51,822 nt of DNA, from NCBI GenBank assembly GCA_000708835.1, contig DF237284.1:1-51822 (forward strand), given 5' to 3'. Source of the stretch: Klebsormidium nitens (lineage: Eukaryota; Plantae; Klebsormidiophyceae). The translations under genes and the position numbers were made by a program. The notes beneath the pieces were generated by a model. It was not told the origin of the DNA, did no database searches, and was given only the letters and a program-made list of their open reading frames with translations. Below, piece after piece: positions 11,501-21,900 of the stretch; the stretch's first letter is position 1; each line of letters starts with the position of its first letter.

Positions 11501-14500
11501 GGGGTATAATTCCCAGGATGACGTCAGCGCCCGAGTTGTCCACGAACACGACGGCCTTGCTCCACCGGGGAGGGCCCGCCAGCCACGCCTCCTTCAGCGC
11601 GTCGAAGTCGTCGATGGCCCATGGCCGCGGGAGCAACTCTGCGAAGCTCTTTTTGAAGTCCAGCTTGCCCGCCTCTTGTTCCGCCTGAGGGAAATAGGTG
11701 TCTAGATATGAAGGTCGACGGAAGGACTCGATGATCCGTCGAGGGACTTTGCTCGAGTCTTATACAAACAGGCCAAGAAAACTGACCGAGCATGGCCGCC
11801 GAGGCAACTCTGCGAAGCTCTTCTGCAGTCGAGCTTGCCCGCCTCTTGTTACGCCTGAGGAGAAGCGTCGAAAGAGGGTCTAAACATGAGTGTCGACTTC
11901 AGAGGTTGATGACACCTTGAGTGGGTTTACTAGAGTCCAGTTTATGATAAGTGATTAAGTGCGGCCGTGAACGCAATTTTGCGAGCTCTTCTTGAAGTCG
12001 AGCTTGCCCGCCTCTTGTTCTGCCTGAGAACAGCGTCCGAACTACGTTGTCTGAAAATTGGCATCGACTGAAAGAGCTCGATGATACCTCAAGCGAGTTC
12101 ACTCGAGTCTGATCCAAACAGGCCCCAAAAACTAACCGAGAACGGCCGCCCGGAGAAACTCTACAAGGCTTTTTCGAGAGTGCCCGCCTCTTTTCAGCAA
12201 GACAAAAAGCGTCCAACAATCTGCTTTCTGGAAAACACCATCCACTCAAGGGCTCGGAACTCAAGAGTTGTCGCAATGCAAGTCCGACCACCCGCATGTG
12301 AGATTCCACTAGTCCTGTCAATCAGAATGTTGTTGACCTGACACTTTCTAAGTGGCAATTTTCAACTTCTGGCCTAGACGTCGAAGGACTGGGGAGACCT
12401 TCTGTCCACGGTACTTGTACTTGCTTAACTCAAGTGCCCATTCCCCACTCTAACATTCACTCTCAATAACTTTAAGGACTGCAGTCGCTCCTGAGTTTTT
12501 ATAAACGAACGGCAGGTGCTGAACAGAGCTTCTACTAAACACGAAGCAATTATAAAGACAAGCTCACCTTTCCCGCCCCCAGGTCAAAAATGTTCCCCGC
12601 AAACACGCCTTTGACGACCGTTTCGAACCGGGCTCCCTTGTCCTCCGTCCCGTCAATATCCTTGAGCAACTCGGGTAGCAGAGCAAGAGCTGTCTCGTTC
12701 TCGTCCGCCTGAAACCAAGAAACGAGTCCCGCTCTAGTTCCCAATTGATCTCTTTTCTAAAAGGACGATGAGAGTCGCCGTTCTCTCAAACGAGAGGCAA
12801 GTAGCTGCTAACATGAAACGTTTCTTCTGATTCAAAAGGGTGAGATTGCTGGTGGCAGGAGTTCGACGCTCAACATGCCAGGGCCCCCATCAGGCTGTTT
12901 CTTTCAAAACGAGGTTGGCGCCGTCGACTCTTGAGGCATTTTATACTGGAAATGCAGCTGAACCACAACGAGAAACCTAAGTTCCACTCTCAGTAAAGGG
13001 TGCCTTTGGTACAACGTTTGAAGGCAGCGAGCGAAGGAAAGAACGACATCACTAAGAAAAACGGTGAAAGTCATGGATTCAGCAAATTAAGGTATGAAAC
13101 CAAGAATTGGTGAAAAAAAAGAACGCCTAAAGATTCTCAGCGGAGGGTGGCTTCTTGGTGCAACATTTGATTGCAGCGAGCGAGAGAAGGAAAGAACGAC
13201 ATCATTAGGAAGAAGGGGAAAGTCATGGAACTAAGGTATGAAACCAAGAAATTGGTAAAAAAGAAAGAACGCCTGAAAACGAGAGCACAATCGAGCCCGA
13301 CTGAGCCAAACATCTTGGCTGGGACTCGGGCTAGCGCATACCTTGACTTTCTTGAAGATGTCCTCAAACCCAACCTCACGCAACACTTGCTCGCGGAGCC
13401 GCACAAGAAGCTGCAAAGGAAGAAATAATGTTACTGCAACTTTCAGTAACATAGTAGTCAGTTCTTTGGGGTCTGCTTGGTGTGATCGGCGCTTTTAGAG
13501 AAGGAGACGAAGGTACAGAGGAAAACGGAGATGCGGACTTCAATTGCAAGGCAAAACCAAACACGAATTTGTCGAAGTCGAGTGCCGACTCAATCAAGGG
13601 GTGAGCTCTCCATACGCTTGTTATAAAAGAATGACCTTGCGATACTCTCGTTTTCATCAGATTTGCGTTCCTTCCAATAGGAGGCGTGTCATCTTCTGGC
13701 ACTGGACTGACTGCCAGACTTGCAACAGCACCCGTGAAAAGGAGCACAAGAAAGGGGCCAGTGTTTGTGATATGTACTGTCAGCCACCGGGTTCAATCTG
13801 CAGAAGGTCTGGCGACTTACAACGCAATCTGGAGGTCCGCCGTGGCTCTCAGGGTCCTTCTCCAGATCGTCTAGAATCTCTCCAAACCTGCAAGAACAAA
13901 AAGATTCCCACTTTCCTGATCAGCAGCCATAGAACCAAGCATATGGTAGGAAAGAGACATGCGATTCGCAGGACTGTAGACTGAAGCAATCCCAACAGCA
14001 GTCGGCCAGAAAAGGGACCCATGTCTGCAATAACAACGGAACTCTATGCTGTGGTTGATAGGAAAGGGGCCTTGCACCATGTCACAAAGCTCGCCTTCAG
14101 CCCCAACATAGTCCCGTCTTCTGTCCAAATGTTCATTAGGGAGACTTGAGCAAGTTGTGAATTCAGTTGGTTACAGTTGTTCAAATTATATCCTACCCAG
14201 AAACCCCTGACAAGAAATCTTGTATCAAAGATTCCCTCATGCATCCGGGAGGCCTTACACCCAGACTCTGGAGAATAATGCGGGCTTCCTGATCAGACGG
14301 GATCTGGTTGCTCACCGCAAAGCAAACTTTGTCGCCTTGACGTCGGCGTCCTTCACAGAGGTGTCAGCGGCTGCCCGAGCCCTGGGGGTGAAAGTGCATC
14401 AGGGGTATGATTGATGCAACAGGGAGTCAGATCGGTTTAGCAAACGTTTCGGCAAGAGTGATGACAGCCAGGGGAACATCCAATTGTGTTACAACCACCA

Positions 14501-15052
14501 TCGGGCGCCTCTTTCAAGTTTGGTGCTGTGGCAAAAGGCCAAACATAGTCCCTAGAATCTAGCGGTCTTTCTCAAATCCAGCCCCAGGTCTCATGCCCTG
14601 AGCTGAGGTGCAGGGGCAAATTGTGTACGGCGGTCAATGTGTGTCAAGATACTTCTTATTTCTGTGCATTCCAAGTCAAACCGACTCAACATTCTGATGA
14701 CAACGCCTCCGAGTTCTCCATCTTTACTCCTGAGCAAGGAAATTGTCCTGAAAGGAGGCTTGCCACAACAGGGTGTGAGCGAATGTGGGCGACTGGGCCC
14801 TTGCCATTGACGACTTTGTGGGGCAGACATTCTTAAGAAGCGAAGCACTCTCCAAATTATCAATTCACCAACCAGAGCTTTCGGCAAATCTTTTGGAACC
14901 ATGAATCCTCACTTGAACGATGGTATGCTCCTGCGGAAGACATCCAACCACACTTTCGACACCCCTTCCCTCTCATAGTTGATTGTGCAAGGTGTGTAGC
15001 TGTCAGGATCTTTGAGCAAGGGAAATGAAATGACTCGAGATGCAGTCTCCAT
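8550..15052 (-). CDS. DUF89/ARMT1-like damage-control phosphatase (At2g17340/At4g35360 type, related to the PanK4 C-terminal domain)
   Basis: Hand-spliced GT-AG exons 15052-14913, 14381-14316, 13887-13821, 13410-13342, 12708-12568, 11684-11469, 10933-10859, 10264-10190, 9680-9603, 8966-8904, 8702-8550 keep frame. Motifs: DPESHGGPPD, LREQVLREVGFEDIF, GNIFDLG, PRPWAIDD, FVDNSGADVILG, AANDLPSINDIT, FEGMGRGIETNL. Confidence 0.93.
11620..12215 (-). repeat. Acceptor-echo tandem array: ~170-bp unit covering a 3' splice site and exon start, 4 copies
   Basis: GCTTGCCCGCCTCTTGTT...GCCTGAG recurs with junctions at ~11685 (real), 11855, 12024 and ~12200; the intronic part of the unit (CTCGAGTCT, CAAACAGGCC) also recurs. 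Confidence 0.9.
13024..13290. repeat. Intronic tandem duplication, period ~149 bp, 2 copies
   Basis: GCAGCGAGCGA...GGAAAGAACGACATCA...AAAGTCATGGA...TAAGGTATGAAACCAAGAA...GAACGCCT starts at 13024 and again at 13173. Confidence 0.88.
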
Positions 15053-15551
15053 TCCTGTTTCTTCTTCGTGCGCCAATTGCAGCTTTGGAAGTCTGATGGA
15101 GAGCTGAGCGTCTGGACAGAAGTGCAGCTGAGCCGAGCAAAATATCGATATTTACAGTAGCGGCTGCTCATATTCACTCGTAATATCTCATAATTGGAGT
15201 TACCCGGATCCCAGGAAGCTTCCACCCAAGGCTACGGTACTATGGACTACCCGGTACATTGCGACTGTATCGTTGCCGGTACTGATCCTCCGGGGTAATT
15301 TGTCTGAATACGCTCACGAATCACGATCATGTTGCAACTTATATAGGGTTCGAAACGTTCAGGACCAGATTACGTGACCATAGGATCTGAGTGACTGCAG
15401 AGAGCAAAGCACTGAACTTGTAAGATAGAGCAGAGTTAGGCGCCACTATTTGAAAGCTGTTCAAAGGTTCTCCATTCTGTAGCCTCAACAAAAGTGCTCA
15501 CATTTCGTCAACCTTGAGACCTGTTAGTACTCTGCGAGAGACACACGAGCA

Positions 15552-17849
15552 ATGGCGGCAGCCGCAGTTGCTTCCGGCGTCAGGATTCAGTGCCGGTTGC
15601 TTCACAATGCAGGTTGCGATCAGTCGCAGAGTGCAGCACGCAACCAGCATGTCTTGCCGGCACGACCTGTGCACTTAGGGTCTGGGGTAAAGGGCCGACG
15701 CTCCCAGGTAGTTTGTATGGCCGGGCATGGGCATGGGCATGAGGAGAAGCCAAAAGAGCCCGAGTTCAAGCCAAAAGGCTGGTATGAGAAAGACATTCCG
15801 GAGTACCGGGCCAACTATTCCACAGCCGGAGAGGGGGAGGTCAGCTCTTCTTTCCTTCGTGCTCGTATGTACCTGACGCTCCATTCGGTGCTCAAGCATC
15901 AGAAAATGGCAGCCTTGGTTTGTTGAGTTTGATTTATCAAAGAATAGCAAAGAGATCAGGCTTCTGAGGGCAGTCTCGTGCTGCCTTTCTATCGTGGTTT
16001 GATCCAGAGGACCATGACGCGCCTGCAGCATTGCACCCCTTCTGCTTGCTAAAACTTTGCAGTGCTCTGATCGTGGAATTGCGGTGTCGATTTCACAAAG
16101 TGCTGTACCTTGCAACAGGACCCCTAAGTCTGTCAGAAGCGTCATTTGACAAGCAGAATGCATATTTTCAACCTGTCCTGGTTTCAGCTGAATTGTGTCC
16201 ACTTTTAGCAAGTCACAAGGCGCTTGTGACGAGCTTATACTAGGTCCCGACATTCTTGCTAATGAGCTCGCTGTGCTCAATTTGACCCTTAAATTTAGAC
16301 AATGATAAATCCCTCGTTGTGCAGCCATTCGAATTTGGGATTGAAGACGGGCACCACACATGGCACGAGGGCGATGATGGTGCGTCACCTCTCCCCAAGA
16401 ATCTTGAATCCTTTTGGACTCCAATGGTTGCTGAGCTAACGTGGTGTTGTGCAAGAATATGGTCACCTCTTGATGATGATTCAGATATGTGCTGATTTGA
16501 AGGAAATTGCCTGAAAGCATTTTGGAAATAGGTTTCGCATCTTATGTTGGAGCGTTCTGGCAGGACCAAAATTACTTTGAGAGGGTGCATCACCTAGCTT
16601 ATCATTTCCTTAGGCTCCCGATTCCTGCGTATGCCTTAGAGGCTAGCATGACCAAGTCTGCATGTGCCAGGTCTGTCTCCTCGTATTCTCAAAACGATCA
16701 CAGATGCCAGATGACCTTCCATTTTGATCGACTTGGGCCAGCATGACATATGCTGCATATGGCCGGGCCTGTCTCGTCCAAGTTTCAATCGCAAATGCTA
16801 GGTGCACTTTCCATTTTGACTGATGAGGGCTTTCAAGTGCAGGAGAGTTCATGGATGAGGTGAAGAAGGCCATGGATGACTCAGGTGCCCCGACTGGCAT
16901 CCCAGGTGAGCATTATGTCCAATTTTGCTGATGGCGATTGCTTTTGGACCTGGAAGCCACCAAAGCTTTGATGAGCAAGCCGGGCAACGCTGTGAGGCAC
17001 CTGGTTGTGGCTGTAGCGACTGGTGCAGTCATTCCAGCGCACTGTGTCTCTGGTCCGTGGCTGCATATCCAGGCGGCAAATCGTCATGTGAATAACCACG
17101 TTTGACTGATGGCATCGAGGGTCTTGCTTAGCGGTTAGTTGGGATGGATCACCGCCTGTTCAGGTGCATCGTTGTGCCCAGTCATTGGCAGGATTGCTTC
17201 GATCCGGAGCAGTGCGGGTGTCGAGGAAAGTTCTTGCAAGTGGAAGGACCTCATCTTGCATACGTGATTTAAACCGCGTCCTATCTACTCCGAACAGCAC
17301 AAATCCCATGCTTGCGGCAGCATCTCACCCTCTTCTTGTCTGTGCAGCATTCCTGGCGCTTTCCTTCTTGCCGGGTCTTTTCACCATGATCTTTTTGGGG
17401 ATTGATGTAAGCTTCAAGCTATCCTCAAGGAAATCCTGAACAGACTTTCCTTGAAAGAGCCATTTGTGAACTCGACAGCTCTTCTCAACTTTCGGTGAAT
17501 CGCTGCACATCATCTGAATCTGAACTGTTGTTTCCTTACCAACGCCCGAACATCATCTGCGATCAGACGGATGAGTCGCTAGCAGCATTAGAGATGTATT
17601 TGGCTCTTCTTCAAGCCAGGATGGTTGTGGGTAACAGAAGTTTTGGAGGCCCTGCTGACATAACCCTCGTGTCTCTTTTTTCAGGATACATATTGGTTGA
17701 TGTTCACGGGCGTGTGGACAGTTGCGTATGCTGCCTTCCAGATGGCCAAGCCTGCTACGGAGTTGAATTTCGAGCCTACTAGATACGCTAGGGTTTACGA
17801 TGCGCCAAAGGCCGAGCCCTGGAGCGAGGAGCGGCTGGATCGGATCTAG
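15552..17849 (+). CDS. PnsB5: Chloroplast NDH complex subcomplex-B subunit PnsB5/NDH18 (PAM68-related), with a transit-peptide-like N-terminus
   Basis: Exons 15552-15839, 16325-16379, 16843-16905, 17348-17406, 17685-17849 splice in frame. FEFGIEDGHHTWHEGD, TGIPAFLALSFLP and FQMAKPATELNFEPTRY resemble Arabidopsis NDH18 segments recalled from memory (FKYGYYDGAHTYYEGE, GFQGLISCMFLP, EMDKPDQPHNFEPQIY). Not confirmed by search. Confidence 0.75.
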
Positions 17850-18904
17850 GTGAATGCATGCTGTAGTTGAATATAAGGTGGTGATGATCAAGTTGAAGTG
17901 GGCTGAAGTTGGGTCAAGCCTAGGTTCCTCATAAATTTAGCGTTGTACTGTTGAGGTTGTGATACACAGTCGTATTGAGAACCTCTACACAAATGTTTAG
18001 ACTCCTCAACAAGCATGACCGTCGGGAGGGACAGGTCCTTGCAATTGTCCTTCAAATTCAGCTGCTGAGCACACGCAGGTAAACATTCAACCCTATACTT
18101 AACGAAGTAGACTCATCAGATACATCAACTGCTTGTCCATTGTCAAGCCATCACTGCTGCATAGAGCGCCTATATTGGGTATATTTCGATTCCTGTCCTG
18201 CCACCCTGGTTGCCATTGACGCGTATATGCCTGGACTTTTGACAAAACATCTGGAAAACGTGAAAGTGTTGAACTTGTACATTTTGCCGCAATTGACATG
18301 TACTGAATCTAGTATATACTGAGATCGCACATGTTGTATCGTTACGCGACGGTCAAGTCTGGTCCAATATATGTATACGGTATATAGTAAATCGGCCACT
18401 GATGCGAAATTACGCTGGAAGCGTGCCTATATCAGTATATATGTACGAATTATCTGTATGCCTCACGAAAACCGTCGCATGGACCGTCGTGACCGCGTCC
18501 AGCTAGTCATGCATGGCTAAAGCTATTCGTGGGTGACCCATGTGCTCGGGTCCAGTGCAGTACAAACAGGAGTTATCAACGAACACGTTTTCTAATCAAC
18601 ATGTGTTGATGACCACCCAAATAGAGTACTGTAGTCCAAGATACTGCTGGCACGGGTCTATGTCACCATTCATCTTATTTGTCATTCATGTCGCCATGCA
18701 GAACAAATTACACACGCTCAAAAGGTCAGGCCGTTAAGGTCACATCACTTTACAATAGCACATATGTGAGACAATCAACAGGGTCAGGGGGCCTTCACAT
18801 GGCATACGTTCCCACTGCATGAATTGCTTTTCAGAATCTTGATCTTGCGCCAAACAAGAGGAAGCATCCAATCTATACCTTTAACATGGCGACTGTCAAG
18901 TACT

Positions 18905-21900
18905 CTACCGCCGTCTCCTGCAACACGGAGAGCATGCTTATTTTTCGACAATTGTAATAAGGGCTTCGCAACTTGCATCCCTCCCGATCTCGATGGCAAC
19001 CTACTACATGCAAGGGCTTGACTTCAGCACAATATTGGTGCTCATCGTCAGTCACCAGAGGATAGTCAGAACACCAGGCCAAACACTAGAGCACCAGTGC
19101 TGGCAGAGATCTCGTCAGGGATCGAGCGTGCTTGGTCGGCCAGCAAACTTTTCTTGAACGGAAACTAGATAGAAGATCAACATATATGTCCGAGCGGCTT
19201 ACCGTGACCTCTCCTCTGGCGACTCCCGGCGGTCATTCTTTGAAGGGGAGTGTCGCCTGTGGAGAAAGTTGCATGCGTCAGGAAGCGATGCGCAATCATT
19301 GCTTTGCTTTTAAGTTACGCCGGATGCGCTTGCTCCTACAGATCCACAGCATAGACCATTGCTCCGCAACAGAGCATTTTTAAGCAATCAGGCTATGTTC
19401 TCAAGCGAACACGGCCGCGTTCTCACTTTAAAACCTGCTGAAGTATACAAGTACGAAGTCCTCGTCGACGCTGTAACATGACTTGCATGACTGGGAGGAG
19501 GGCTTGAAAGCTTGTATCGAAGCGCAGGATGTCACAACAGACCGTCTTGAAAACCTGCTGCGCATTTAAGGAGTGTCACTTCTGGACACTCGATTGCCAT
19601 GCTCCAAAGAATCGGGAACATGCAAACAACAGAAACTTACTCCAGACAAAGAAGCACCGTTCAAAAGCAAGGCACAGCAGAAAGAAGAGGATTCGGGGCG
19701 GGATACATACCTGGATTTCCTGTCCCTAGATTTTGACCTTTCTCTGACGGGTGAGCGTGACCTTTCAGATCTGGGAGGGGAGGGACTACGGCGCCTGCTC
19801 GCCTTTGCTTCGGGACTGGCAACCGACACGGCCACACAACATCAGCAGCTGCAGCACGCTTACTCGTGCGACTGACGTCAGCCTGACGTGACTTTCTCGA
19901 CAGCACCATTTCGATGAGAGCTCCCTTTGAGACGGGAGTTCGCTCCAAGGGATGGGAAACAAAGGAGTAGTTGGACTTTTTCTTGCTTTTTGCGCATATT
20001 TACTTGCTCTACAGCAGCAATGCAGACCAGATAAGTAAAGTCCGCGGGGGCGAACGCGTCTTGGATCCGGTGACGAAAGCAGGCTTTTGGAGCAGCCTAT
20101 TTTCGCTCACAAGGAGGCCGGTCAGCATTGCCCCAGTTGAGACTTTCCGAACCCCGATCGTGCGCTTACCTGAGCACCTGGGACTGTGGAGGTTTATGAA
20201 AATGCAGAAATGCAGAGCGAAAACAGAACAAAGATTCCCTCTTGCTTGTGCCTTCTTTCCTTTTGCAAGTACTTCAGACGAGTCAATAGAGGGCCTCTAC
20301 TGCAGACGCTACCGCTTTCAATAATGTATTATTACATGATCACTGCTTGTTTCGACCATTGAGTAGGCAACGGCCCCCAAGAGAAATCAAGTACGTTGAG
20401 CAGCTTTTTGACACCTTCGGAACATAGTCGTGAACCCCCGTCTGCTGAAAACGGTCTGAACCTGTGTCGAGTCTGCTTAACCAACCTCCTCGCCGGCAAC
20501 ACTTTATTTGCTAACCAGTGACGGTGTATGTGGGCAAGCGGCACGTGGAGCGCGGAAACAAGAAATGGATGGCCCCAAGAGGCAGGGATCCGAAGCTGCG
20601 GAACAAAGTAAAGCCACAGCAATACCGCATGCTCTCAGCGCACTTCCGCTTCATATCGTGAAAGGCTTACTTCCGCCAAGTAGGGCTAAAATCTATTATT
20701 AGGACCTTCGAAGCATCCGACACCCACCGGTAACCGCAAAAGGTCCACCTTCTTTCCAACCTCCAGGTTTGTGCTGTCCGACCTCTATTTTACGTTCCAC
20801 CCGTACTGGAACAGGGCAGCCGTTTACAGCCTGCACAACCTCACCTTCGCTCGCGCTTCTTGCCGTCGTCCTCCCGCCGGCTCGACCGCCCCTCTTCGCG
20901 CTCCCGCCGATGCTCGCGCCGCCGCTCCTCGCCGCCGCGCTTCTCCTCATCATCCTTCCGCTCGTCCCTCCTTCTCTCGCTTCGCCCCTCCCGATCTCTG
21001 TCGCTCCTATGCCTTTCCTTGTCTCTTTCCCCATGTTCTCTTTCTTTGCCGCTCCTTCGTTCGCTCCGCTCCCCGTCCCTCTCCCCACGGTCCTTCTCCC
21101 TCCCGCCGCGCTCCCCCCGCTCTAGTTCTCTCCGCCTCTCCCGTTCCTCGGAGTCTCGGTGGCCTCGCTCTCTCTCCCGCGAGCGGTGCCGCTCTTTCGA
21201 CCGATTGCTGTCCCGGTCTCTCCGCCTCTCCCGGTCGCTTTCCGAGTGCTTCGACTCGCGTTCTTTGCGGCCGGCCCGTTCGTCGTCCTTGCTCGCTCGA
21301 CCTTCTCTCTTGCTCTCACTTCTCTTCTTCTCCCCAACTTTCCCCTCTTCTTTCCTATTGCCATCGCTCCTCTTCTTCTCATCATTCATTTCCTCTTCCT
21401 TCCTCTCACCGTCGTGATTCTCTAACCCCGTCTCAACCTCCCCAAGCTTATCCACAGCCCCGACGTCCTCGACCTTTTCTTTCACACCGTCCATTCCTTT
21501 CGCTTCCGTCTCTTCTTCCCTTCCCAAACCTGATCCCTCCAGATTAGCTTCCGCTTTCTCAGCCGCTTCCTCAGGGTTGGACAAAGCGTTTTGCCCCTCT
21601 TCCTCAGAAGCTTTGCCGCCTGACAACTCCCCCGTCTGCCCACCTGTCATTCGCAACCCCTGCGGGGTGCCCTCTCCGACTTCCCCGCTAGTGTCAAGCG
21701 GTTTCCCAGTGGCTGCCCCGGCAGGTTTTGACACCGCCGGAATAGCCATCGCCTCACCCAACGCATCCAACTGCGCTTCTGCCTCGTCCACTTTCGCTAA
21801 GTCATCCCCCTCTTCCGTCGGAACTTCAACTTCTTCCACCGACGTCCTTATTCCGTCATCCTCCTCGAGACTCTCATCTCCGATCTCCTTCTCTCGCAGC

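Noticed and set aside
15675-16520. 281-aa minus-strand ORF
   Set aside because: It is antisense to PnsB5 exons and intron and has no recognisable motifs.
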